Positions 37,304 to 50,655 of a stretch of DNA of 64,000 nucleotides are shown one piece after another (the stretch's first letter is position 1; each line of letters begins with the position of its first letter). A program made the translations under genes and the position numbers. A model generated the notes under the pieces. The model did no database searches. It worked only from the letters and a program-made list of their open reading frames with translations, and had not been told where the DNA came from. Source of the DNA: Octopus bimaculoides. Its lineage: Eukaryota. Location of the stretch: positions 127,178,523 to 127,242,522 of the forward strand of contig NC_068982.1 in assembly GCF_001194135.2 (NCBI RefSeq). The letters run 5' to 3'.

Positions 37304-39425
37304 GAATGTTCATTATAAATTTGTCTTTGGTTATTGTATTTGTTCATATAAGAAATAAATGAAACACCGGAGATCGCAATTGAGCAATAGATAATGTCTG
37401 TGCGAGTCTTGATCAGTAACTTATTTCGCTTCCCCGTTGAAACCACTTCACCTCATTTTTAAGTAGTTAGTCTGCTCGAGAAAGGCATGAACATTATACA
37501 ATCATGTTTTTTCTTGTGAATTTATACCTTTGCATTCAGTTAGAAATCCATAAACATAGTCACCGGGCGTTTACAAAATAAAACAAAAAAATATATAACC
37601 CCACAACATGTAAAGCTAATCTGTTTGAACCGAATGAACCTTTGAACTAATCCATTACCTACCAGGAGAACAATAAATCTGAGGGTTTGCTGATCGTTGT
37701 GGTTATTTATTTTATTGTTCATTATTGAAGAAAAGAAATGAGATAAAATTGACATTTTTATGAAGTCGCTTCTTTGTCAGAAGCTCCATGTATTATTTTA
37801 TTAGATTATTTTTATTGCGGATATCATTTTAAAATTGCAAATCTGTAAATATTTAGCGGTGTCTTAATCACAAAGGTCTATCTGATTTAATAGTTTAATC
37901 TCGGTATTTTATATCATGTCCTTATCTAGATTGTCAGTACTTTTTTTTTTTTTTCTTATTTGGTTTAATTATAAGAAAGCGCTACTTTGCAAACACATTA
38001 TAGTCTTTATGTCCCAGTCAACTTTTATCTCATTACAGCAAGTACACTAGGGTTGAATACTTATTTCACATCAGTGTTACAAGAGAGCATCGAAGTATTC
38101 GTAGATATGTCTAATAATTGTTTGTAATTTAGACACAAGGCCAACAATGTTTTGAGAAAGCGTGAAACTATCATTTTCTGTGAAATCAATTCTAAGAAAT
38201 AATTAGTAGCAATTATTAGCAATCAATGTTCATTCTATAATGACATAAATATGCTGTACGAGGATAAGCTATAAGTTGCGCCAGAAATTAGCTTTTATAA
38301 TGTGTGCTTTATTTACAAAAATTATTTTAAAATCTCGAGAATTTACTAACGTCCAGTCTTATATTTTTTTTTATTTTTCGAGTTTGCCAAATAGCTTTAT
38401 AAAAATTGCTAACTACCTTTCTTTTTATTGGCGAACGTCTTGTTTTTTAGTATGTTAATATACTATAGTAAACGTTTTCATATTCAATGTTTTTTGCACA
38501 ATGAAATAAATATACGAATTATGACAGAGTGATCATACGTTTGAAAGTTTAATTTCTGTGGCTTACAGAAGTTCTATTTTTCACTTGGTCCCTAAATATG
38601 TGGTAAGCCCTTCACCTCCTCTCGCTATTGAGAATCGCAGAAAATTCTAGTTTCACAACTGCATAGAAGCCTGATTTTTGTTAGCAGGCACAGCGAAAGC
38701 TATAGGCATGATTTTATTTTATTTTATTAAGCTGCATTACTAGAATATAATCACCTGGAGCCCTTTAGATCAAAGCATATAGACCTTTACAAGTAGAAAA
38801 ATGAGTTGCGAACAATTTCGAAATATATCTTATTTATCTGCTCTTCCTCTATCTCTTATATACACACATGCAAAAGATGTTGAAGAAATCAAAGATTGTT
38901 ATAATTTAATCATATATTTTATTAATTTTGGAGGTGAGTATTTAAAAAAACTGCTTTGTTTCTTTTTTCATTCTTTCATTTCTGTTTTTGCTACAACTGC
39001 TCTGCTTTGATTTTATTTAAAATCTTTGTGCTAACGTCTCATTAGTCAGGAGTCGTTGCGACTTATATAGTTTTGCAAAAAAGTCTTACCATTAACGTTG
39101 AGAGTTACCTGAAGCATGCTTGGTACTAGTTCAAACGTTGTGTTTCATGTTTTTATATTTCAGTTAGATAGTGGTTTCTGCAGTAGAAAATAAAATTTAT
39201 CACCTTCCGAGAAGGCAATTATTATTTCTTTTCCCGATCTTCAGGATCACCAAAAAGCCGCTTTATGTTCGTAAATTAGACATTTAATCAAACTGAAAAG
39301 GAGGGAAATAGAAACACCAAATTGTTAGAAAATCTGGCCCCAATAGAAAAAGTCCGAGTTTCGATATTATTAGATCTCAGCAAAATACATTCTCAGTAGG
39401 CAGACTAATGAATGATATGCATGTG

Positions 39426-39470
<45 letters not shown>

Positions 39471-41606
39471 GATAGAGTGGCGTTGATTATGAATAGCAAC
39501 GTTATAGCTGAACGGGAATTATAGCAGTGGACTAACTGTTCTACATACTAAATACAAGTACGGCCAAGACCCACATGTATAATATAGTTAATGTTGAAAG
39601 ATCGATCCATCGGGATTATCTATACAATAATTAAGATCCCCTTCTCGAAGGTCTATTAAATCTGATTACTGGTTTTGCAAGTTGCTTCAACTTTTCGTAA
39701 AACGTTCCCTGCCGTAGAGGACATTCCGGTATGTTCGCCATCTTTAGTTACTTAGGATAGTCGTTTTTGTAGCATTGTAAATGCAAGGGCGTAATATATT
39801 TGAGGGAAGATGTACACAGTCGATTTAATCAACCCCAATACACAGCAGCTACTTATTTTATAGTCGGAAAATAGAAAAATAAAATCAGGCCCGGTCCAAT
39901 TTCAGTTAGTATTGCAAGGGGTTTTACCCAACACTACACTGAATCATCTTTGACTGCATGAATTAGTCTTAAGTTAAAACTGCGGCTATGAAACTGATGC
40001 TGTTTTTTTTTTCTGAATACTATCGCTACACAAATAAGATATCTATACGGACGTTTTCAGAAGCAACGACTGAGATTAAATTAAGACAGCAAAAATGAAT
40101 GGAAAAAAAAAAAAAACGTATATATTGAAAGTTGAATGTAGTGTCACATTATTCATAGCGAAATAATAAAAGACATGAATAGATTATAGATCCAACCAAG
40201 TGTTGCTAGGATAATTGTTTAAAAACTACGTGGTATTTCATGCTTTTTTTAAAGTAGCTTATGCTGTCATGAAAATATAACTTGTTTAATAAAAATAAAT
40301 AACGGGTCAGATAAATTTTGCAGCGGATCATTTGTCGGTTGTTCGTGGATTTATATGTTAAATGCTGAATTAATTCATCTTTTTCATTATTTCACGAAAG
40401 AGTTTATGACCAATAGAATGAAATTTCTGAGCTAATGACCTCCGGTTGCGGTATCCTGCTTTGAGGGTGACAATCACCTTGTCACTGTCATAAAAAGACA
40501 ACCTCTCGCTTCAGGAAGTTTTCTGTTTTCTTTATTCAACAGATTGATTAATTTTCGTCGTATGTAAAGAGTCAAGCTTTTAGATGTATGCCTAACAAAA
40601 GAAATTGAACAAGAAGTTAGAAGTATTGCAAGCCGATAGAGGTTAGATTCTTGAGTGGGAGCATACATGAACTACATACTACCCATCAGATTAAATATTA
40701 TTTAGTGCCCTGACAACCAAGCTATGTAGTCTTTACATGCTTAATATCTCACGCGTCGTTTTCCCAATGTAATTTATTGGGTTGATCATAAATGGTTATT
40801 GAATAAGCTTTTGTGTGTTTAGAACATTTAGAAATTCACTAGTTGCTACTGCAGTCATGTCAGCACTTCGGTGATCATATACTTGCTTTCTAAATCTTAT
40901 TTTTTTCAAGTTAATAAATACAAACTAATGCAAGTTGTTCTATTTAGTTCGTATACGGCGTTGTTATAAATAAGCAAGGATATAGTTATTACTTGCATAT
41001 AACGTCGTAGTTTCAATTCGTAATTGATATCTTAGATTTTTCAAACGCAAACTTTGTTTACAGTTTTTAATTTTCATAAGATTTCACTGTTTTTGTATTG
41101 TTTTAATTCTGAGTATTGTATCCAATGCCGAGATTGTAACAAATAAATTGAAAACGAAGAAATGAATGTATCAGATTCTTATTTCCTGTACGTGACTAGG
41201 GTAAAACCATGGCAACAGATTTCGTTTTCGTTTTATATCAGTAACTTACCCTGGAGATGGATATAATTTCCAGATTATATCCATGCAAGAATTTGGACCC
41301 TGTGCTGCACACTAATGAACCATTCACCAAATATACAATACCACCACTGCGTACAATAGTAAAGATAAGTTTCGATTTCTTTATATCTCACCAATAAAGT
41401 TCAGAAACGGTATTAATATCATCGGAAAATTTAAATTAAAGAGAAATATTTCGAAGTTATTAATAAACAAGAGCTGGCAGTTTTAAAAAATGGAATGAAA
41501 TAGAAACAAACAATCTGGATGAGTCCAATAACATTGAAATGACTTTCACGGAGTGGTTCGTTCAAACTGATGAAGTTTGTGAAGGTTGTAGCAGCATTAC
41601 CTACCA

Positions 41607-42025
41607 TACTTGTATAAACAAGAGAGGAATTGCTCTCGTCAGCAAGTCACATATTGCCTCCTTGACCAACATCAAAAATACAAATGGAGAAACTTAGTAA
41701 AAGCTAATTGACTGCTGTAGATTTCGGGCGTGACTTATTGGTCTGGGTGTTCGGCTTACGATCATAAGGTCGTGAATTCGATACCCAGTGACGCGTTGTG
41801 TCCTTGAGCAATATACTTTATTTCACATTGCTCCAATAAGAAAAAGAGAAACAATATATCTTTTGTTGAGAAAAGGTTCCATTTTCAACGAAGACAGTAG
41901 ATTGATGATGTTTGGGTTCACCTCTCTGAATTTTAAAACTTTATTTTCGATCTGATAAATTCTACTTGTATAAACAAGATAGGAATTGCTCTCGTCAGCA
42001 AGTCACATATTGTCCCCTTGCCCAA
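41607..42025. repeat. Local 63-bp duplication (59/63 identical), 356 bp apart
   Basis: 41607-41669 versus 41963-42025 (TACTTGTATAAACAAGA(G/T)AGGAATTGCTCTCGTCAGCAAGTCACATATTG...). Confidence 0.85.
41726..41835 (+). mobile_element. SINE family D (CORE-like), 5' fragment
   Basis: GGCTTACGATCATAAGGTCGTGAATTCGATACCC..GTTGTGTCCTTGAGCAATATACTTTATTTCACATTGCTCCA. Confidence 0.75.
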
Positions 42026-43440
42026 TTTAGGTGACGACTACTTTTGTATCTCCCCTTAACTATGAAATTCAATGAACCACCAGATAATTCTTTACTTATT
42101 ACCAAATCAGGTTTGCATAAATGCTTCTGAACTATTTGTTACAAATTTGAAATAGAATAATCTTAAAGACTGATGTATCTTATATCTTTATTGAAATAAA
42201 TCAAAAACTATAGAATTAAAAAAAAATAATCTGGTTGAAAATAATATAAATTGCAAGAGACCATGACTGAGCAGACGACACTTTAGTTTTGACAGTGTGA
42301 AGCAAAAGAGAGAAATCTCTGCATACGACGCACATTTATCACAAATATCATTTTCAGATAAGTTTATAAATCAGCTATCTATCTATTCCCCACAGCTTAG
42401 TCCACATCAAATTGTTTAGTAGCAGAGTGAAATTCCTATAACCGATTTGCACCCAGAAACATTTATGTACTTTTTTCTTCAAATTGTCTTAATATTAACT
42501 ATATATCTTTCTTAAGGCCAACTTTTAAGACATACAGTTAACTAACACAATTTAAGAATTTCATCTATCAATCTTATTGTTTAGATATATTGCAATTGAC
42601 TTCTTTTACTTAAAGGATAGAATGGTGAAGTGAAATAATAAATTTAGTTTGAGGCCTTTTTCACTCTGCTTCTTTTCTTGAAAAAAATTTAAGTGCTTAC
42701 GCGAATATTTTAACGTTTCATAACATCGTCCGCTTAACGAGGATTACAATTGAAAAATCTAATTAAAATAGAGTATCTTAATTAGTAGGAAACTTAGATG
42801 TGTTTATTAAAAGTTTTAAACAGATGCGTATGAGCGCTAGAAAACTGTTTGTGGGCTTTAACTTTAAGTGTTGAAATAGCCTGATCACAAATGAGGAATT
42901 TAAAAAAATCTTTAGTTTATATTGCCTATTTATTTTTGTAAATTAAGTTTTAATGAAAATTCAGACAGCACACAGTAATTTGTATTAAATTTCATATTCA
43001 GTATAAAATATAAACTTATAAATGTATGTACTTTCGTTTGTCAAACTGTGTCTGAGCGTTGTTGCTTCCAAATGTGTCACTTGTATTGTTCACGGTACTT
43101 AACATTTTTTATCTTCCTTCAAAGAGTGTCTAGCTGTAAAATTCATTGCTCATTCTTCTGCTTGTTTTGTTTGTGGTTGGTTGTATTTTCGAAATTTTGT
43201 CTATAAGGCAGCATTGATTCTGCTTTTCTATGCTTTTTTGATTGGATCTAAAGAAAAATAATGTTCAACTGTTTTTTTCCTCCTCAAAAAGGTAAGGAAT
43301 AAAAAAAGAAAAAAAAAACGAAAACAGATCCCTTTTTTAAGTTGTAGATTTACTAGATACGACATACAAATAAAAATGCAATTGCCAAAGAAAATTAAGA
43401 AATCGCAAATCTACTTGAAACGTATCTTTGCGACGCAAGG

Positions 43441-43646
43441 TAATAATAATCCTTTCTACTAAAGGCACAAGACCTGAAATTTGCAGGGAAGGGAGCAGTC
43501 AATTATGTCGTACTCAGGATTTCACTGGTAGTTAATATAAAAGCAAAGTTAACCATGGCGGAATTTGAACTCGGAACGTAAAAACGGACGAAGTACCGCT
43601 AAGCATTTTGCCCAACGTGCTAACGATTCTGCCAGCTCGTCGCCTT
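43441..43646 (-). mobile_element. SINE family B
   Basis: GGCGGAATTTGAACTCGGAACGTAAAAACGGACG..GCTAACGATTCTGCCAGCTCG. Confidence 0.88.
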
Positions 43647-44127
43647 AAACAAGCACAATTTAAGTAAAAAAAAAACAAAAAAAAAAACGTAGTGGGGGAA
43701 ATGTAGAAAAACGAAATAAAAGAATTACACTGTGTACAGTTAAAATAAATACTGAAAAGAAATAGACCTAAAGTTTTGGGTTATGCCTTTTTAGAATAAA
43801 AGTGAATGGCTTAAGTGAAGGAGGAGAAAATGAAATAGGACCGTACCAAATTTACGACGTCCGTTTACAGTGCACATGAGTATAATTAAGTTAAATATAA
43901 ATAAAACAAACAAATAAGAGCAATCCACCAACAAACGGGTGAAAAGTCGTCACCTTAGTTTAATCGAGGCACACCACGATACTAATTGCCTTCAGAGTCC
44001 GTATACCCTGTATCTGTGTCACTGAAAATATTCGGCCTCGAAATCCGTGTGCAACTCATGTGGCGGAGTAGGTGGCACACGTCCTCTTAATGGTAAAGAT
44101 ATAGCAGTTAATATCCCTTTCTATGAA

Positions 44128-44348
44128 AAGCGGTGAGCTGGCAGAAACGTTAGCGCGCCGGTAGATTTGCTTAGCGGTATTTCGTCTGCTGCTATACGTT
44201 CTGAGTTCAAATTCCGCAGAGGTTGACTTTTCTTTTCATCCTTTCGGGGTAGATAAATTAAGTACCAGTTGCATACTAGGGGAGATCTAATTGACTGGCT
44301 CCCATCCTCAAATATTTCGGGCCTTGTGCCTAGAGTAGAAAAGAATAT
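44128..44348 (+). mobile_element. SINE family B, full length
   Basis: GCGGTGAGCTGGCAGAAACGTTAGC..GTTGACTTTTCTTTTCATCCTTTCGGGGTAGATAAATTAAGTACCAG..GGCCTTGTGCCTAGAGTAGAAAAG. Confidence 0.92.
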
Positions 44349-45894
44349 CCCTCTAAGATGGTTTAATCTTTTGATTGCTCCACATAATCGGAACTCATCT
44401 CTTCACAAATTTATACTTGAAATTTTACTTGATCTTCATATAATCCGCTTAGATTATCTATCAATAAGTGGTTTCTTATTCGAAACGCTTTAAACTTCAT
44501 GATTTCCCATGAAGAGATGAGCTATTCTTCGGCTCACTTGTTTTAAAAAAATATTTTTCTTCAGAGATTTTCTTTTTCCACTGCCCTCGATAATTTGTAC
44601 TTTCGTTCCTCTTCGTTCATCATACCCTCATTACTGCAATTCGACGAGTTGATGATATTGGTTGCGACGAGCTGGAAAACCCTAGTTCATGGTTTTCCTT
44701 GGAGCCGACACGGATCAGTTTCTGTGATTTGTTGTTGTTGTTACCCGTGCTGTGCCTCACTTTCTCTCTTTGTGTACATTTTCAGGTTCTCTGAGTTACA
44801 AGCCACCAAATAGCTCTTATTTTCAAACATAGACCAGGACGGCTTTCTGCCTTGCACAACCGGTCTTATCGCTATTCTCTCTTTGCCAACGATGAACTGC
44901 TGTTCCGAATAATTCGGTGGTCATCTGAATCATTTAGGACTTGCATGCCATACAGACTCCCCTCTCCCGCAACCGACCACATACCATTTCTGGTCACCAA
45001 GGCGCTTACCAGCTACTTATATTGTCTCGAAAAAGTTACTGCAAGCAAAGAATCAATGCTGATGCTAATAATGTTTTCTGTGATCCTTGAGTTACGACGC
45101 CCTGTGTAATGAATGGGTAAACAGTATTTGATGAGGAGTTTGAGGCACCATCTTGACCTGTTTTTCTTTTGTTTTTGAGTTTTTTTCTGCTTTGTCCTCA
45201 CTACTGAAAAATATGCACACAACAAATACACTGCGCAACGGTCAGTGACAACCATACTGTTCCACACATTGACTAGCGCTTCCTTTTATTCTTCCAAGAC
45301 CCTATTGAAAACTTTTCCATTTGTCAATATTCAAGAGTTTGAAACTTTTCTGGTTGCCTTATTTCCGGTAAAATCATTAAAGTGTTGTTTAATATCTTTG
45401 ACTGATAATATTAATGAAGCTATTTTTATTAATGCCTCTGTTAAAGTTTTTTGACATCGCAGCTTATGTGTGTTGTAGTGCGAAAGTCTGTATTTACAAA
45501 TGCAATCGTTTCCGAAATTATTTTTTTTCTCTATGTATTCTTTTCTTTTTAAAGTGCAAATATCTCTGTTAGCTTGTTTAATTGTCTCATGTTTATCTTT
45601 CTTCTTGATATATGTTAAACGTTTGGAGGCGTATTCCACCACCGACACCACCGATTCAGTGGATGACATGTTTGCAAAATTAAAAATAAAAAATTATCTG
45701 ACGGCAAAAAATCCACCCGCCAGAAAAGGAGTTAAAAAGACACAAAGACTAAACATCTCACCTAACCATGTAATGAGTCCACAAAACCAGACAAAAAGAA
45801 AAATTTAATCCTAGAAGTAATCCGATATTTTTAAAACTCCTGCAACTCGTATAAAACACATTTATTACTGGTAACCCTAAAAGCAGTGATAATG

Positions 45895-46270
45895 GTGTCT
45901 AACTTAGGCATAAGGACAACAATTTTGAAGGGAATGAACTACTCCATTTTATCGACACACAGAGGAATGAAAATCCTTTTCAGGATTTGAACTTCGAACG
46001 TAAAGAAGTTGAAGAAATGCTGTAAGGTTTCTTCGGTAACCTACTGATTTTGCCAGCTTGCCGCCTTCAATAATAATGGTTTCTGATTTAAGCACAAGGC
46101 CAACAGTTTTGAAGACTAAGGGTTAGCGGATAATACCGACCTCGGTATTTGACTGGTACTTTATTTTGTCAAACTCGAAAAGATGGAAGGCAATGTTGAC
46201 TCGACACGATTTGAACTCAAAACGTAAAGAATCAGAAGAAAGGCGTTTGTTCCGACGCTGTTTTCAATCC
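45895..46270 (-). mobile_element. Two adjacent diverged SINE family B copies
   Basis: Two ATTTGAACT(T/C)..AACGTAAAGAA motifs at ~45985 and ~46210, with intervening AAGCACAAGGCC tail sequence. Confidence 0.65.
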
Positions 46271-47095
46271 ATCGCAGTCTAAAAATTGTTTCTATTATAA
46301 GCACAAGTTTAGAAGAAATGGAGTTAAGGGATAAATATGGCCTCATAATTTAGCAGTTCGGCATAAAAGAATAAGTGCGAAGCTTAAGAGAAATATCTAC
46401 TAGAGTTGTTTTGACCGACTGAATCATTCAAGGCGATGCCCCAGCATGGCTGCAGTCCAGTGACTGAAACAAGTAAGACGAGGAATGATAAAGACAAATT
46501 CTATGAATATATTTGGATCATTTAAGCGACACAAACAAAATTTTTTTTTTATTTAACAGAGGTACTATATTAAGGTATATGGTATTACCGTACCACAGCT
46601 GAAAAAGTTGTTTGATATATTGAGATATTTGAAAAGTAGCCTATTCTAGTCTGAGGTTATTCAAACGCTCATGTTTTCAGCATTCTGTGGGTGACGGTAC
46701 TTGTCAATGCTTATCTCTGGTTGGTTTAACAAGTTACTCTAATGTGTGTTGACATTTTGCCTTGTCGTTCAGAGAGGATAAAAGGCCAATTCACCTTAGA
46801 CAAGACGACTGAATCGTACATTGATGAGGCAGACAGCCATATGAACGGACACGCAGACACTCCCCCACTCGCGCGCGTGCACTACACACACTCTCACACA
46901 CATATACATACATACATACATACATACATATATGCGTGGTAGTTTTAATTCTGTATGCTAGTATTTCACGTCCATTCGACGATAATCGGCTGCGCTAACT
47001 GCTCACAGGCTAAAGAGAAAAGAAAATTACTGTACACTGAAACAACTTCTATATGTACGTGTTATATAACCTTTTTTAATTTTCTATTATCAGTT

Positions 47096-47482
47096 GTTGT
47101 TGTTGTTGTTGGCACTCCGTCGCTTACGACGTCCAGGGTTCCAGTTGATCCGATCAACGGAACAGCCTGCTCGTTAAATTAACGTGCAAGTGACTGAGCA
47201 CTCCACAAACACGTGTACCCTTATTCTCGGAGGATATTCAGCGTGACACAGAGTGTGACAAGGCTGACCCTTTGAATTACAGGCACAACAGAAACAGGAA
47301 GTAAGAGTGAGAGAAAGTTGTGGTGAAAGAGTACAGCAGGGTTCGCCACCATCCCCTGCCGGAGCCTCGTGGAGCTTTTTAGGTGTTTTCGCTCAATAAA
47401 CACAACGCCCGGTCTGGGAATCGAAGCCGCGATCCTATGACCGCGAGTCCGCTGCCCTAACCACTGGGCCATTGCGCCTCCA
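47096..47482 (-). mobile_element. Full-length SINE family A with perfect 12-bp TSD
   Basis: Reverse complement of the 4716 element. CTATTATCAGTT flanks both sides (47084-47095, 47483-47494). Confidence 0.93.
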
Positions 47483-47980
47483 CTATTATCAGTTATATAC
47501 CTATATACATACATACATTCACATACATACCCATATAGCGAAGAATATATTAAAAAAATATGGAATAAGATCAAGGCTTGACGCTCAGGAAAATGGAAAG
47601 AGTTAATGGGTGTAACGTTTCGTAAATTGTCCTTCTTCGGATTGAGGAAAATGAGAATAAGAAAGATCAGGAGAGTAGGAAAAACGAAGGAGGATATATT
47701 AAAAGAGTAATTCTGCAAATGAAGCATACTTGCTCTCCAAGTCACGGAATTGGTTTACATGGACAAAACTGAAAGCTCTAAGGACATACTTGTCCGTTTA
47801 ATCTCACTCAGACTGCCATTTTGGATCGCGTCGGATCTTTACCGTTTATTATGGTTGTGTGTGTATGTATTTGAAGTGCAATGAACAAAATTGTGCGTTT
47901 TAATAGAGTAGGTATTGACGCAATCTTTTGCATTCCACGGATTTGATAACAAATTATTATTATTATTATTGTTATTAAAA

Positions 47981-48902
47981 AGGCAGCGAGCTGGCAGAAT
48001 TGTTAGCACGCTGCACGAAATGTTAGCGGTATTTCACCAGTCACTATGTTCTGAGTTCAAATTCCGCCGAGATCGACTTTACCTTTCATCCTTTCGGAGT
48101 CGATAAATTAAGTACCAGTTGAGTACAGGGATCGATGTAATCGACTATCCCCCTCTCCCAAATTTCAGGCCTTGTCCCCATTATAGAAAGGACTATTATT
48201 GTTATTAAGGGAAAGTAAGACGGCGAACTGACAGAATCGTTAGCACGCTGGACGAAATACTTAGCGGTATTTCGCCCGTCGCTACGCTCTGAGTTCAAAT
48301 TCCATGGAGGTCGACTTTGCCTTTCATCCTTTCGGAGTCGATAAATTAAGTACCGGCAAAACACTGGGGTCGATGTAATCGACTAGTCCCCAACCCCCAA
48401 ATCTGAGGCCTTGTGCCTCCAGTAGAAAGGTTATTAAAGGGAAAGCAAGACGGCGAGTTTGCAGCAACGTTAGGACATAGAAAACGAAATTTTCTTTTCG
48501 GCATTTTTTCCGATTCCTTACATTCTGTGATCAAATCCTACAGACGTCTCCTTTGTCTTTTATCTTTTTAAAGATGGATAAAATAAATTACCAGTCAAAT
48601 ATTGGGGTCGATGGTATCGACTAAACTCTACCCCTTAAAATTACTAACCTGGTCAATGCCTCACTTAATTGAAATTTAATATTTTGTGCAAAATTAAAGC
48701 GGTGAGCTGGCAGAATTGTTAGCACGTCGGGAAAATACTTTGCGGCATTTCGACCGTTTTTACGTTTTGAGTTCAAATACCGACGAGGTCGACTTTGCCT
48801 TACGTCCTTTCGGAGTCGATAAAATGAGTACCACTTGAGTACCAGGGTCGATGTAATCCTCTCCCCGAACTTGCTGGTTTTGTGCCAAAATTTGAAATCG
48901 AT
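47981..48902 (+). mobile_element. Head-to-tail array of four family B SINEs (~230-bp period)
   Basis: Heads at ~47981, 48217, 48447 and 48696. The core CCTTTCATCCTTTCGGAGTCGATAAA is clear in copies 1 and 2, diverged in copy 4 and decayed in copy 3. Confidence 0.88.
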
Positions 48903-48928
48903 TAAAATATTATTTACAACAGTATTGA

Positions 48929-49125
48929 TGTTACTTTTCTGTCCATGTATCTATCCTGGAGCGAGCGAGCGACTAATGCTGATCGGGTGACAAGTTGCGC
49001 GATCGCCAGCGAAGCGACTTTTCCTATGCCCGGTCGAGTTGCAAGGCGCCGCGGCGGGCGTGGAGAGACACGAGTGCGAGTATGGGTGACGCCGACCGCA
49101 GCTGCAGATCTCGATGGTGGTAACA
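48929..49125. mobile_element. Candidate solo LTR (197 bp, CpG-rich)
   Basis: CpG-rich island bounded by TGTTAC (48929) and GTAACA (49125), inverted TG..CA termini. No TSD seen. Confidence 0.5.
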
Positions 49126-50054
49126 AATATACTTTTCTTTAACATGAAACAGTGTTCGCTCAATTGTTTAGGTTTCATTCGATATTTTATGATATTAAAA
49201 AGCATTTATATCATTCGATGAAAGAAAGAACAGGGGTCAGTTAAAAAGTTAGCGTTTGTTTTTTTTTTTCTGTATCAGAGTCTGGTTTGTTAAGGCGGAG
49301 AAGGATGTTTTGAGTTGTAGTATTTGAGATGTGTGTCTGCATGCGTTTAATGCTGAGTTGCAGTTTTCCATCTGAAGTCCCTTTCTTTCTCGCCTTTTTT
49401 TCTCTCTCTCACGCGTGTGGGCGTAAAAGAACCATGTGTCTTTATAAGTGAAATTAGTAGTAAAAATATTAAAATATCAGTATTTCCTGCCTGATTATTT
49501 GTAATCAACCATATGGATTCTACATAAACAACGCGACCCTAGTTTCTCTTTCTTTAGGGTCAGTTTACTTTATTAACATCAGAAGAGAGAGAAAATGAAA
49601 ATTGTGTTGTTCATTAATTCATAATAGAATTAGCAACATAAGAAAATTGAAATAGTCACATTTGGGAAATCGACAGCGAATGGCAGGCCGGAAGCTCATC
49701 TCTCACCCTCATTTCTCAACAGGCTCGCACCATATACTTGATTTAATTAGAATGAACTATATATTTTTCTTAATATCGGCTTTTCACAAAGTCTTAAACC
49801 TAAAAGGCATTCCATTCCTTCGGAAGTTGATCAGAGCGCTTACGTCCCTCGCTATCACTATCTCACAGGTTAACAAAAGGGCACAGAATTGGATTATTGT
49901 ATTTTCACGCGCGTTTTAGCATTCCTGTCCTCTGTAATTGTCGAAAATAAAATGCATGGTTACTTTGATATCCATTCATTTCTTTTATATAGTGAAATAC
50001 AACTGTGTATTTTTTTTTTTTTTTGTGGGAAATAACGGCCCGATTAGCTTCCGA

Positions 50055-50236
50055 AATAACGGCCTCAAAATGTTGGTACAAGGCCAGCAGTTTTTTAAGG
50101 GCTTGCACAGTATTTATTTTATCGACCCCGAAAGGATGAAAGGCAAAGTTGATCTCGAAATTTGAACCCAAAACGTAAAGACGGACGAAATGCCGCTAAA
50201 TATTTTGTCTGACGATACCGCCAGCTTGCCGTCCTT
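50055..50236 (-). mobile_element. SINE family B
   Basis: TTTTATCGACCCCGAAAGGATGAAAGGCAAAGTTGATCTCG..ATTTGAACCCAAAACGTAAAGACGGACG. Confidence 0.88.
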
Positions 50237-50655
50237 TGTAATATAATAGCGCAATTATGCGATAAATCATACCAATATTATGAGTATCTTCATCAAAGCT
50301 TTTAAAGGTTTCATATAGAATCTCATTTTCGAAAATACCCTTTTAGTCAAGCTGTCAGTGGTAGCACTTATGAATGAAAATATATTAACTTTTCACCTTG
50401 CACCCCGATAAATAATATGCGAAACTGAAGTACTGATGAAATTTAATTTTTCAAACTTTGATCTCTTTGCTTCAGTTAATTAAATATGACCTTCAAAGAA
50501 AAATCAAAGGAACAAAACTGTTTTTTCTAAATTCTCTTATTGTAACGTTGACGCGGATCGGTCTTCGTTAGATCCTTGCACTCACCTTTAACACACATGC
50601 ATACACATATGCACAAACATACGCGCGCGCATGTATGTGTGCGTCTGTGTGTTCT

